Assembly: GCA_976226885.1 (NCBI GenBank)
Contig: OZ320314.1
Span: 119,040,001 to 119,104,000 of the forward strand
Direction: 5' to 3'
DNA from: Iphione sp. A-MEVVRFRX5
Lineage: Eukaryota
DNA: 64,000 nt
Each line of letters begins with the position of its first letter. The first letter of the stretch is position 1. Positions 50,588-62,794 of this stretch are shown piece by piece. The notes under the pieces were generated by a model. It was not told the origin of the DNA and ran no database searches. It saw only the letters and a program-made list of their open reading frames with translations. The position numbers and the translations under genes were made by a program.

Positions 50588-50937
50588 GGCCCCCCCCCCC
50601 AAAAAAAGGTGTGTTTCTGGTAACCCACCCGTACCTAGTGAAACCTCACCCTACCTAAGAATTTTTTGGGCCCAAAGAGTTTCCAAGGCTGAATTTCCCT
50701 AGATATGTGTTTTCATGGCATATGTTTTTGATAAATTCATTAGGAAAACAACAAAATCCATGGAAATTCAGAAAAAAACTGTAAAACTCCTACAGATTAG
50801 CCAAAATTCTTCATATTGTCTTTATTATTGTTGACAACCAAAGGAAGAAAGGGGACAAAAAATAAAAAAAAAAGATACCCCCCTCCCTACCTAGGTTTTG
50901 GGCTGGTTGTAACCAGAAACACACCTATTTTTTGGCC
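50588..50937. mobile_element. PIF/Harbinger (Tourist-like) MITE in homeobox intron 1
   Basis: GGCC termini, TIRs of about 35 bp (aggtgtgtttctggt.ac), TAA on both flanks. Confidence 0.7.
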
Positions 50938-51405
50938 TAAGAAGGCTAAACACTTTGTGTGTGTGGGAGGGGGGGGGTGCATGATATTTAACAAACATGT
51001 TAACATTCGCCCATGTGATATACAAGCGGGCTACACTTGCTCTGGCTTTGAATGAGACGCGAGAGGCGAAATGGAACTGTTGTTTTGAAATTCTTAATAC
51101 ATTCCAACGGTTAAAAATTGCAACGGAATAAATGCAGTTTGCGGGAAGGAACTGCGTGCTTCTGCACGTGTCAAATTCTTAATCATTGTGTAAAATGTGA
51201 ACTACATGTACAATGCTTTACTTCTTGGTCGCCATGCCAATTTGAATGGGTCGCCAAAGATCTTATTGAAGCCCATCTTCTTTCGTCAGATGTATCGATT
51301 AGAACTGACTATGGGTAGCCAAGATAGATATGGCTGTAATTTTCGGCAGCAGCTAAGAGGAATTAAAAGAAAACCCTGGTGTAAACGGTCTTTGTTTCGA
51401 CTCAC

Positions 51406-51562
51406 CGGGTCCCAGACCGGCAGGCGGCGCGCAGTGCGGCGGCCGGTCGTCCCTCCTGGTCCCGCCGCCCGTCTCCGTCGGACTGGTCCCCGGACCGGCC
51501 GGCCGCCGGCCGTCGTCGTCGGCGTCCGGTCCCAAAATGTCCCTGATCATGAAGGAGGTCAT
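51406..51562 (-). CDS. Bari: Homeobox gene exon 1 with eh1 (Groucho-binding) motif SFMIRDIL
   Basis: ATG at 51562 (MTSFMIRDILG); donor G|gtgagt in phase 1. Confidence 0.8.
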
Positions 51563-51599
51563 GACCCCGGGCAGGGACTGGGAATATAGAAGAGTTGCT

Positions 51600-54250
51600 C
51601 CTTCTTCCGAGGTCACTTTGAGTTGCTCTGTTTGATGAGTGACGCTATTGAAAATCAGTGCGATCCGACGAAATGTGGAATGATGTCTTTGTGTGCGCTG
51701 TTTTTCTAGGAAAATTCTGATTTGAGCTCGATCGAAGCATGCTCTTTGTATAGCATTGCATCTGAAACGAAATTGATTTCAGATGATTTTCTTTTTCTTA
51801 AATGGTTCCGATTAAAAGAGAACAGTCCAAATCAGATGCCGATTTCGGTGTCGGGACAGCCTTTGCGGAGGTGCAGCATTTGACGAAATGTCCAATACCG
51901 CCAGAAGGTCGAAAACTGAAATTATTTCAGACATGGAATGTATACACGGCCATACACATGTACATGTATGTCCGCTCCATTCGTGGCGAACGTATTCCTC
52001 CACTTGAAAAAAAAAGCCCCACTATTTCTGACACATCTCTATCACGCTTCGTGCCACAACCTTCATCGTGAAGACTTTCTGACAAGAAATGAGGTATAGG
52101 AGGAAGGGGCAATCTTTTGATCGTCCGTTCGAGTCTGACGTCGGGAGTGGAATGTCGTCTGCTCCGAGGGTGGCGCGGGTTTGGTGGACTGAGGGATGGC
52201 GGCGCGACGATCACAGGGCCCACACCTCCGTTGTGTTCGCCCGCCACCCCCTGCCCCGCTCTCTAATTGTCTATTTATTCGCCGCTGTCGGCAAAACTAC
52301 CTCCGACAAATTGGCAGCAAATTAGGAAAGTAAACATATTAATAATTACCTCATAATGGCTCCGAGGGTGGGGTGGGGTAGGGGGCTGATTCGTTTGTGC
52401 TCGGCAGCGTGTCTGAAGTGGACAGCGTTGTCGACATCATTAAAATGATGATGGGGCACCAGGGAGTGGCTCGGGCCGGGACCGACTTGTTTAAGCTCTA
52501 TTAAACAGTCCCCCGGCTGAAGTGGGAGAGAGGAAAACCAGCGCCTCATGGGTGAGTGTGTGTGAGATGCACACGTACCGCGAGAAAATCACGCAGGAAA
52601 ACGGAAGGAAACGAGTTTTACTCTCTCTCGGCGGTCAGAGATGAAAAAAGAATCGACGCGGTATACTGAATAAACGCCGCTCGTTAGGAGTAAAGTTCGA
52701 GGGGCTTGTTGGATGGCTTAATTAAATCATTATTGGAGCGAAAGCCCGCCTCTGAGTCACGTCGAGCGACGACGGCTCGGCGGCGCCCAGCGATGGCGGG
52801 TATTATTTGGCCGGGAATTGTCACTCGCCGGCCATCAATGTACCAATCTGCCCGCTCCACGCCACGCCGGGCGCCCGGCTATCAATATGGCCGCCGTGTC
52901 ATTTTCCGCTCCGTTTACGACGGAGAAAAATCGCCGCTTTTCCCTGCGAGCCCCAATAATGTCGCCAATAATCTCGAGTAATTTGCTAACATTTAAATAA
53001 ACAATATTAGATTTCCGAGCTGCGCGGCGAATTACCGCTAACGAGGCTTGGTTACAGCCGCCGAGCCGGGAGGGGGCGCTTGGGGCGGTGACAGACGGGC
53101 GTACTCGAGAGGGGGCGCCACCCAGCCTTGATTTCTCGCGCGTCCACGCGTGAAACGCCGCGATGAGATAATGAAGCAGCGGCCCTTCTCTATTTAGGAG
53201 GTGATTACGGGGGCGTTCCGGCGCCCGTCCCTTTCGCGCGTGCGCACCCGGCGTTATCTCACCAGGTGGCGCCTCGACCACCCGCCGCCGAACGGCGACG
53301 CCGAAGCGGAGTCAGGTGTTGGATGTTACGAGGTGGTCTACGGTAATCAAAAGCGGGGTGGTCAAATATTTACAAATAGTCGGTGCATACCGGTAACAGC
53401 CTCACGCCATGCCGACAGTTTCAGATAAACGTCTCATTTAGTCGCCGCTGACCATCAAGCTAGTGTTGATCTTTGTATCGTGCGAGAACTCGTTCCGTCG
53501 GTAACAGACTTGGGTGAAAACGCAAAAAAATTCCATATCAATTACAGGATATTCCATGTTATGTAAAGCGGAACATGCAATTTCATTAATTTGTACATAC
53601 TGCAGCGACCTACTCGAGGCAAGGGAATCAAGGGCGCCGTTTGCTTAATTGGGAAATTACCACTTCAAATGGGCCACTTTAAAACGCACACTTAGTATAT
53701 AGTCAGAAATAAACTTTCCTAATTGCTTCTTTTTTCCCCCACGCACAGCAGCCCTATTCGTCATATAAGTGGAGAAGCCACTACAAGAACTCGTCCGTTT
53801 TAACAGTCGGCGCCGGCGCACGGTCGTCAATACGTGAAGCGTGAAGCTAATCAGTCGAGCACGGGCGTAATGACCAAGGAATGGAACTATATCAACAACC
53901 TCTCCTCACCACTAACGATCCCTAATTATCGCTCATCGCATTTCCCGCCTTGCTGCGCCGCCTTGGGTGCCTAATTAGGCCTTTGTTTTGTCGTCTGCCG
54001 CCGCCGCTCGCAGCGTTTGTGCCACTGAGAAGACCTTCATCTAATTCTCGCGAGGTGTGAAGCACTTCCGGCGGCAAGGTGCGCGCGCAACGTACGCTTT
54101 AAGCTTCTTCCCCGTCTTTGAGAAGTTTTCGAGGCCGCCGGAGATAGTTGGCGGCGAAAATCGTTTGGTGTTTTCTCCAAATGCATTCAGCTTTGACGAG
54201 GCGCCAATTTGAGCACGTAATTATGGCTCCTGTTTTCGTATCAGCAAAAG
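51600..54250. promoter_or_regulatory. CpG-rich, TAAT/TAATTA-rich upstream region of the homeobox gene (putative enhancers/CNEs)
   Basis: Many CpGs, clustered TAATTA/ATTAAT and CCAAT-like motifs, no obvious repeats over about 2.6 kb. Confidence 0.45.
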
Positions 54251-54553
54251 AAGAGCACAGCTTATGCAATGATAACAACTTTAGTTTCTGTAGCCCACAA
54301 GGAATGTAGCAGGGGAAGATTCAGATTTAGGTATACAGACTAGTTTAGCTGGAAAAATGTGTTAATGTGAAATGTTAAACTGGAGCAATAAACACTACTC
54401 TGTATCATACTTATGCACACAGTTGACGTACATATCCTTTTGTGGATGATACCTACGAGTACGTAGGGGGACACCACAATTTGGTTAAGTCTGAAATAAA
54501 TGAGATTATCACATCAAAGAGTGTGATATTCTGGTCAAACCCTATGCCTAAAG

Positions 54554-54704
54554 CAGGCCCATTGCCAGGAAGTTTTGTTGGCGGGTATCGGACCATACCC
54601 CCAATACCCCCGAGGTGGAACTAATCTTTTCCATCTATATGAAGGCCTATAGGCATTAATGTTTGTGCGGGGTATCGGACGATACCCCTTGGGCTACAGG
54701 CCTG
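54554..54704. mobile_element. Short TIR element (CAGGCCC.T.GCC ends); inverted homologous fragment at about 43060-43170
   Basis: caggcccattgcc...ggctacaggcctg; shared internal ggtatcgtcc and attagttccacc segments; no clear TSD. Confidence 0.5.
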
Positions 54705-56207
54705 TAAAGGGGAAGCAAGGATCACTACATGTATGAATATTAAGTGTCGGAAAATGGAAGATATTTAGACCTCATGCTTCAAACTACTTGAGTGTTAAGA
54801 TCTACAGCTCACTTAAATCTTATTCATATTAATTTGTGATACACATGTAAGTATTCCAGAAGATATTTCTGATGTTTAGACGTGTACTTCATAGGCTGAG
54901 AGAAAATAAATCAGGTCCGTAGTGGAAACGAAATGACCGTATTTGTCAGTAGGGGGTTATATTCCCGTTAAAATACTAGTAAGATTATTTTGAAGGTATC
55001 TAAAGCTACATGGAGAATACTGAAGACATTGATTGTAAAGTATCAGTATATTACTGCTAGGGCCAATTGCACAATATAGTACCATTATGCGAATGGTTGA
55101 CTGTGAAGTACTCACAAGGTCTTACTCATTACTTACTAAATTTATATATAATTCTGTACAAATATAATATCATATCATTGTCTATCATATTATTATAAAG
55201 TACATGTATATGTTATACTCTAAATCATCAGATTTATTCCCCTAGTTAATGATAATCTGTTGAATTTTGTTTTTCATCGAACCACCAATAGGATACTGTG
55301 ATTACAATGTACATAGCTTACCAGAATTTTACAGAGCACTATAAAATGATAAGAGAAAGAGGGGGNNNNNNNNNNNNNNNNNNNNNNNNNNNNNNNNNNN
55401 NNNNNNNNNNNNNNNNNNNNNNNNNNNNNNNNNNNNNNNNNNNNNNNNNNNNNNNNNNNNNNNNNNNNNNNNNNNNNNNNNNNNNNNNNNNNNNNNNNNN
55501 NNNTACATCTTTACATCTATGCATCTTTCATATATATCTTTGTAAACTATGTGGATCTTTGCAGATATCGAGGAATTGCTGCTGAATCTTGGTGAACCCT
55601 ATGGTTTTCGTGCAGGTCTCGGCAAATTCGTGCCAAATCCTTGTAAACTATAGAGCTTTTGTGCATATCTCCAGGAATCCCTGTCAAATCTGGATAAACT
55701 TTCTTCATACAAATTGTAAGCAAATAAGATCATATTTTGCAGCATCTAATATTTGTTAGACAGTATCCATCCTGCTGAAAATATTCATATTTCTATGCTA
55801 CGCATCTGTGTTGGTCTCCAGAGGTCAGACTCAAGAGAAAAGAAAGAGCAGTGCTAGTTTTCAAACTATGGAGACCTGCGGACTCCTGACTATGAATTCC
55901 TGACCCTGAAACATGGAAATAGTCTTGTTCTGTTTTATAATAATGTTCTTTTTCGTACACACATGCATGGAATCCAAAATAAATTCGGGCACATGGAAAC
56001 CGTACTTTATAGTGTGCATGCAAAGCCTGGACTGCCAGATGTATCCCACCCAACACAGAAACATTTTAAAAATATTGTAAAAATGTTGCTTAAAGCATTG
56101 TAAAAATGTAAATGAAATTTGCTTAATGTTTTCCTAACTAGATTTGAAAATCTTTATACAAAGTTTGCTAAAAACATTTTTAGAACCTTTATGAGCAGAA
56201 GTGTCAG

Positions 56208-56286
56208 ACAGGTCTAGGCCGGGTTTGAACCCAGGTCTTCACACATTGCTCTTGCCTAGGCTAGCACTCTTACAAACTGGGCCTGT
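56208..56286 (-). mobile_element. tRNA-derived SINE-like head / tRNA pseudogene
   Basis: Minus strand A-box-like GGCCCAGTTTGTAAGAG and B-box GGGTTCAAACCC; no complete cloverleaf. Confidence 0.55.
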
Positions 56287-56289
56287 ACA

Positions 56290-56525
56290 ACAAGGCTTGA
56301 GGAGGACCTGATGAGATGTGGGGGACCTCTGCATGTGATAAGAGGATGGACAAGGCTGGGGGAGGACCTGACGAGGTGTGGGGGACATCTGAGCACAACA
56401 GGAGGAGGGCAAAGGCCGGGGAAAAACCTTACGAGGTGTTGGGGAAATTTGAGGGGGAGAGGAGGATAGCCAATGATTGGGGAACACCTGAAGAGATGTG
56501 GGGGACCTTTGAGGCCTTGTCTGTC
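56290..56525. repeat. Diverged 60-bp tandem repeat x4
   Basis: Units in register at 56301, 56361, 56421 and 56481. Confidence 0.75.
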
Positions 56526-56747
56526 CTCCTGTCACACTCAGAGGTCCCCGACACCAAATGAAAACGTTATTTAAATAGTGTCAAATGGCTGCAAACATTC
56601 TAACTACATGAAAACGTTCTTAAAATGTTGTAAAATGGTTGCAAATGTTATAACCAATTGAAAATGTTATAAAATGTTTTTAAAACGTTTTGTGTTGGGT
56701 TGGATGTTTCAGGTGGGCGTTAATGCTTCAGTAGATTTACATATTAT

Positions 56748-56778
56748 ACTCAGCGTTTCAGTCCCCCTCTTCAGGAGT
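56748..56778 (-). ncRNA. Minimal type-I hammerhead ribozyme-like motif (one core substitution), probably from a Penelope-like remnant
   Basis: Minus strand ACTC-CTGAAGA-GGGGGACT-GAAACGCT-GAGT; ACTC/GAGT closes stem I. Confidence 0.4.
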
Positions 56779-58199
56779 TCTTTGGAAAGAAATAATTCCT
56801 CTGCAAGGGCTGATAGGGATGTCCCTTACTTGCATAAATGCATGTATGTTGGGATGCATTAGGAGTAGACCGAGATAAAGGGTCATGAAACGTATTGCGA
56901 TTAGTTGATTAACATAACTGCATGGAGAGGGTTTATTGCATGGAAGATTGTGATTGGTCCATGCATGGGGGTTGTTGACATCCCATTGGTTGATGAGATG
57001 GTGAAGATGTCATCGTATGGTAACAAACCTATCATAATGAAATCTGTGTACTGACTTATCCTGGGTTGTATTATGCCTTAGGTCTCCTGACTCACAAACT
57101 CCTGAGTCTGTGCTGGAACTTATGAGACCTACATTGACAAAATTCTCCAGGAGAAGAGAAGTCATAGATCCTTTGGAAACATTGGCCCTATGTCTGAGGT
57201 TAGTGCAGTGAAAAAGCACAAAGTGTAATAAAGGTTCACATTATATTTTCTTCAAGCAATCTCTTCTCTTTCAAATCTCACAAAATTCTGTTGACATCTT
57301 TAAATACCAGCTTGATCTAGTTATATATACTAGTAATAATCTACTTATAGTAACTTCTATACTTCTATGTGGTGGACTGTCTTTCATATGCTACATGACC
57401 TGATAGGTTGGCTCCTGGTCACCAGCCATAAGTGTGTAGCTCCTGTAAATGTCTCTTATGCCATTTGAAGCAGGTTCAGCATCTGGAGCACTTAGGGCTG
57501 GTGACTTGACAAAATTCTGTTTTGAGTGTTGAGCAGGTGATGTGTAGTTGACTGTGCACTTGGAGCTGATGATGCATAGATATGGGTAGATTGTGCATGT
57601 TGGGCTGATGAGCATAGTGAGCTGGTTGTGCATGTGGAGCTGGTTGAGCATTTGGAGCAGGTTATACAGGTTAAGCAGGCTGAGCATATGTTGCAGATCA
57701 GCTCACGTAATAGGAGAGTGTCATCCAGGATCTTGCTGTCCTGTGATTCTTGAAAATCTTGACCTACTTCTGTTTTCCTGTCATGAAATAATTGAAATGT
57801 ATATTAATGCATTGTTGGCCTCTGCCATGATGAAAGATTCCAGACCAGGTTGAAAAAAAGTAACACTGAAGCTTATTCCTGAATGAAATAGAAGTAGCAA
57901 CTGATGAACCCCTCTGCGAAACCCCCTTATACATGTATGAAATATAGACATCCTCTGCCCCTCAGCTCTAATATTTTCATGTCAACTTCCATGCTGTAAG
58001 CCTGTATGGCCTGTTTAGTACTGATGCTGTTAAGCTACAGCACAACATAACATGGCAGTTCATTTTTGTAAGATGTACCAGTGAATAAAATGCATTTCAG
58101 CATTTAATCATTATGTCTGTTAACATTACTGGTATTCACTATGGACATCTCAGCATTTATTATCATATCTGTTAAGTATTACGTGTAGTTACTGTTACC

Positions 58200-58316
58200 T
58201 CTTTGCCATTCATATTTGTTAAACCTTATTGTAAATGTTCCTTTATAATGGTCTATTCTTTTAAAATATTCTATGTACATGGAGATTGGTTAAATAAAGA
58301 AATCAAATCAAATCAA
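58200..58316 (+). mobile_element. Probable 3' end of a LINE/SINE
   Basis: AATAAA at 58292 followed by an (AAATC)x3 tail; 5' extent undefined. Confidence 0.4.
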
Positions 58317-58799
58317 GGGTAAGTTCATGGATACCATCTCTCAGGAATTTCATTCTTCTCATAATATACACAAAGCACAAACAATCTGTTTTCATTGTTA
58401 AATTTTATCTTAGGTTGTCAGAATTTTAGAGTCTGGATTAGAACGCTAAAAGACCGTATGCAAAACAGCATTAAATAATTATCATTATTTGTATTAAAAC
58501 AGATCTATGGAGCCCAAGGTATGCAAGTACAGTTTATGATTTAAAGTATTTTAGTCCATTCTCAAGTTGCTCAGGCATCAAATTCCTTTTGACTCATTTT
58601 TTAGATTCCTGATGCTTGATGCTGCAAATAACATAAATATGTTAAATGCATATCCACATGTTTCTCCATCAGAAAAATCAATGAATGAATACTGTATTAT
58701 TAAGAGAAATGCTACAGTGTCAACATATAAATATAGATATATTTACATATAGAGTTTGTTAGGACTCACAAAATATCATTCAGAAATTGTATTTAATCA

Positions 58800-59389
58800 T
58801 GTAACACAGTTACGAATATGATGATGGTGCTGTATCGGAACAACCCGGTTCTCTCACATGATAAACAGAACAAAAAGGGAATTTAGTGTTGTACTAAAGT
58901 AACCGCAACATAATGTCATGTAATAAAGACATAGGATATGTTGAGTCTATAGGGCTAGCGAAATAATGCAACGTATGCATAGTGTACAGTTATATGAAAT
59001 GTAAGTAAGGCCACTTGCGGAGTAATGTAAGGGTACTCAGCATGGAGGTAATCAGACCCTGTGGTCGTTAAAAGCCTACTTGGTTCACATGATGTCTCGG
59101 CGCACTAAACTAGATAAGGTGTAAACGAAGCTCGAGCACCACCCTGGACACAAGGTGTTGGTGATGTTAAAAACGTAAAATCTTAATAACTCATGGTGTA
59201 CTTGACATATGTTGGATGTCTGACGGGTGACCGAATCTGGTCAGTCCAGTATATAAGGTTGGCAGTCAGTCAGAATAGTCAGACTCGCCCCGGTTGCTGT
59301 TGAAGATGCTGATTGCTGTAACTGTAGAGACTGACAGGAGAATAAAGGCTGACTCGAACCTGACTTGTGGTGTTTGGATTTGTGCTACA
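58800..59389 (+). mobile_element. Solo LTR (590 bp, probably Ty3/Gypsy-type)
   Basis: Termini TGTAACAC...GTGCTACA (7/8 inverted match); ATCA duplicated at 58796-58799 and 59390-59393; TATATAAG at 59250; AATAAA at 59341. Confidence 0.88.
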
Positions 59390-59977
59390 ATCAGATAGTT
59401 GGTGTTTTATTATAAGAAGATTCAGATTCAGATTCACTTTATTGCTCCTCTCCGTTTACAGAGTTATCCGGGACAATGTGAAAAACAAACTGTGCATACA
59501 TAGTAATTGTGTCCAACAGAGCAAACCGATAAGCATAACTATTCTAAGTATTCATGCTTTTACACCACCACGCAGAAACAGCATCCGACTGAGAATTACT
59601 AATCACATACATATAGTTTATACAAATAACACTACAATAGTGCTTAGCTACAATTACACCTCCACAATGTTGTACATCATTCCTTTTCTTATACAGTTGC
59701 ATATTCCCCATATCCTTTCATCAGCTTTGACACATCTCTCAGCTATTACACTTCTCTGCATACCTAGTTCATCCACCCCTCCGACATCATGTGCACACTC
59801 CATCTCAACAAAGTAGCAACATACATTACACCAATCACGCAATCAATCAGCTTATACTACTTCCCAAACTTTACACTTCCACATACATCTTCACCCATGC
59901 CGATGGGTAATCAGTGATCCACCCAGGACGCTTTTACACCATGGCCGATCTTCTCTCCAGCAATTGACCGCCAATCA

Positions 59978-62794
59978 TTACATGCCCCCTACAGGATCAT
60001 TGGTGGTCATGCTGTCCTGATGGTGTATAGCCACACCCTTGTCGACATTCCTCCGTAGTTTCTTCCTTCCTTTCTCAGCTGCTGGCAGAGAGTTCCAAGC
60101 AACCAGCCCCTTGTACGCCAGTGACCTGGCAAACATGGTGGACCTTGGCCGTTCAACAATGATCCTTGGCTCTCTGCCACCTCTCGTCTTCGAAGTTTTG
60201 TCTAGTTCTAGTATGCCCATTCTCACCTGGTTATGAACAGCACATACTCCCCTGAACTCGACCATAGTGGATATCCTCTCTATCCCATGAGACCTATGCA
60301 AGGTTGCTGCAGAAAGGAAGTCTTTTCTCTGCAGGGCCACCCTGCAGCATCGGTTTAGGTGTACCTGCAGTCGAACCAAGTCTGCTGCAGGCACACCATA
60401 CCATAGGACCGCCTGGTAGCGGAAAAGTGGGAGCACGAGTGCCTTCACGAGTGCTAAGCCTGCCGAAAATGGTAGTACCACCTTCAGCCTCGAGATCATT
60501 TTGGCGACACCCCATGTTTTCCTGAGCACAGATCGGATGCTCTCTTTCATCTTGAGCCGGCCATCTATTACATAGCCTAGAAGCCTAATTGATGACACCA
60601 TTGTCAAGGTTTCACCTCCTAGGCGCAGGTCCAGGGATATGCCTGTTGCGGGTCCTAACGGACAATAGGCACACTTACTCGGGCTCAATATTAACCCTTC
60701 TGTACCACACCATCTGGTGACAGCGTCAAGTACTTGCTGGCATAGGACACTCAGCCTGAGCAAATCCCTTTCCCAACACAGAACAGACAGATCGTCTGCA
60801 TAGAGAATCGGATAGTTCTTCCCAGGCAGAGTACCCGGCAGCCTATCTACCACCAGTGTAAAGGCGCTCGGTCCAAAGACCGAGCCCTGTGGTACCCCTT
60901 GTTTAAGCAGTTGGTAGGTGGAGTCATGCCCTTGAATTCGCACAAACTGCTTCCTACCTTCCAGGTAGGATGTGATCATAGAGACAAGCTTCGGACCACA
61001 GCCTAGTTCCTGTAGTCGTTCTATGATCTTTGAGTGAGGAATTACATCGAAAGCTTTTTGGAAGTCGAACGCAAGTATACAGGTGTAGGCCCTTGCGTTC
61101 AAGAGACATCTAGCCCGGTTGGTCAAAGCGACTATGGCCGTCTCAGTACCTTTTCCTGGTCGGAAACCGTGCTGTTGCCTACTTAGCCTACCCTCCCGTT
61201 CCAGATGTCTCATGAGGGATGGTACAAACCATCCCTCACAAATTTTACTCTGCAAGGGAAGTATCGAAACTGGTCGATAATTTCCTACACAGTTTTGATC
61301 TCCCTTTTTGTAAATTGGCGTAACACGCGCAATTTTCCAGCTTCCTGGGTATATCCCAGTTGTGTAGATACACTCGAAGATCCAAGACAGGAAGTCAGCG
61401 GTCAGCATGAGTACTGGTTTCAAAACCCTAGTGGGCACTCCGTCAATCCCTGAAGATTTATGCAGGCATTGCTTTTGCACCAGCAATCTCACTTCCAACG
61501 GCGATGGGGTTGCGAGTTCAAACCTCTGTGCACATCTCCTCCAGTCAGTAGCACTTGTAGGCAGCAAACCCTCAGTGAGTTTTTCTACTCCTTGCACAAA
61601 GTGTGCATTAAATGCTTCTGCAAGGCCGGCTGCACCCATCACGCCTACCACCTCCGGGTCTGGTAGCTTCATCTCCGTCTTGGATGTACCCATTGCATCA
61701 TGGAGGGTCGACCACAGCTTACTCATATTGTTGCCAGCCGCTCGAACTCGAGTGTCCCAGTATCTTTTCCTGCATTCCCTCACTGCAGTCCGCACTCTCT
61801 TGTTAAGATACTTATAGATCCTGCGGCTATCTACACAGCCTTCCCTCTTCCACTTACGGAGGAAGTATTTTTTGTCCCTTATGAGCTCTCTCACACCCTC
61901 ATCCAGCTCCACACCATCGGTCGTCTTTGTTTTCATTACTGTTACTTCCGGACACATCACATCCAGTTCATCCTTAAGTCGCGATATAAAGCGGTCCCAG
62001 GCTACTTCATGCCCCAGTTCTCTGTTGATTCCATCCCGCCGCAGCGAGTCATGTAGCTTATCTATGTCCAAACTCTTCCACCTCCTGGTTGTCATTCTCC
62101 TGTTCTCCATTTTCGGCTTGCAGGAGCGTATCACAACCTGGATAGGCAGATGATCACTGAGGTAGGAGTCCAGTACCGTGCAACTCCTGAGGCCCTGGAA
62201 GTTTAGCCAACAGTGATCCAGGCAATGGTTGTGGTCAATCATGGTTGAGTCACCAACCACTTGCAGGTACCCATACGAGGCAATCTTGCTCGCGATTCCT
62301 GCACCTGCCTTTGTTAATTGCCCATAGTTATAGTTAAAATCACCAACTATGAGCTTCTTACTCCTGCCATGCCAGTTGAAGGAGTCTATAGCCGCTTCCA
62401 GGTCACTAATGGTGTCAGTAGTCGGCTCTCCTGGTGGTCTATAAACTACTTGGATGTCAAGGTTCCCCCGCCCTCCACAATTCAGCCGAGCCGACAGGAA
62501 CTCACACCTGGTTTTTGTCCCTTGACTGCACTCGAATCTCTTTAGCGTATAAGTGTCCCTATAATAAATAAGTGTCCCCCCCCCTCTCCTTCCCAAGGTG
62601 GATGGTCTGTCTGCCCGGACAAACTTGTACCCGCTGATTGCTAATTCCGAGTCCCTATGATCCGGGCCAAGCCACGTCTCTGTTAGGCAGCAGATGTCGG
62701 TGTCATGATCCCTCAGCAGATCTGACAGGTCACCCACCTTTTTGCCCAAGCTCCTAATGTTGAAAAGCAAAACCTTAGTACCCTTTTCTTTCAT
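59978..62794 (-). CDS. LINE ORF2: apurinic-like endonuclease plus reverse transcriptase, 938 aa, uninterrupted
   Basis: APE motifs FNIRSL, CLTETWL, IVGDFN, LDHCW, SDHLP; RT motifs YRPVSIL, QHGFR, DFQKAFD, GVPQGS, YADD. Confidence 0.96.
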   Translation of the reverse strand: MKEKGTKVLLFNIRSLGKKVGDLSDLLRDHDTDICCLTETWLGPDHRDSELAISGYKFVRADRPSTLGRRGGGTLIYYRDTYTLKRFECSQGTKTRCEFLSARLNCGGRGNLDIQVVYRPPGEPTTDTISDLEAAIDSFNWHGRSKKLIVGDFNYNYGQLTKAGAGIASKIASYGYLQVVGDSTMIDHNHCLDHCWLNFQGLRSCTVLDSYLSDHLPIQVVIRSCKPKMENRRMTTRRWKSLDIDKLHDSLRRDGINRELGHEVAWDRFISRLKDELDVMCPEVTVMKTKTTDGVELDEGVRELIRDKKYFLRKWKREGCVDSRRIYKYLNKRVRTAVRECRKRYWDTRVRAAGNNMSKLWSTLHDAMGTSKTEMKLPDPEVVGVMGAAGLAEAFNAHFVQGVEKLTEGLLPTSATDWRRCAQRFELATPSPLEVRLLVQKQCLHKSSGIDGVPTRVLKPVLMLTADFLSWIFECIYTTGIYPGSWKIARVTPIYKKGDQNCVGNYRPVSILPLQSKICEGWFVPSLMRHLEREGRLSRQQHGFRPGKGTETAIVALTNRARCLLNARAYTCILAFDFQKAFDVIPHSKIIERLQELGCGPKLVSMITSYLEGRKQFVRIQGHDSTYQLLKQGVPQGSVFGPSAFTLVVDRLPGTLPGKNYPILYADDLSVLCWERDLLRLSVLCQQVLDAVTRWCGTEGLILSPSKCAYCPLGPATGISLDLRLGGETLTMVSSIRLLGYVIDGRLKMKESIRSVLRKTWGVAKMISRLKVVLPFSAGLALVKALVLPLFRYQAVLWYGVPAADLVRLQVHLNRCCRVALQRKDFLSAATLHRSHGIERISTMVEFRGVCAVHNQVRMGILELDKTSKTRGGREPRIIVERPRSTMFARSLAYKGLVAWNSLPAAEKGRKKLRRNVDKGVAIHHQDSMTTNDPVGGM

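Larger units (their letters stand above)
56044..56704. mobile_element. MITE-like element with long imperfect TIRs enclosing the tRNA-like head and a 60-bp repeat
   Basis: Left end tcccacccaacacagaaacattttaaaaa versus reverse complement of right end tccaacccaacacaaaacgttttaaaaa. Confidence 0.6.

Noticed and set aside
56301-56500. CTGATGAG, CTGACGAG and CTGAAGAG in the 60-bp units as hammerhead cores
   Set aside because: There is no downstream GAAA and no stems at the required spacing.
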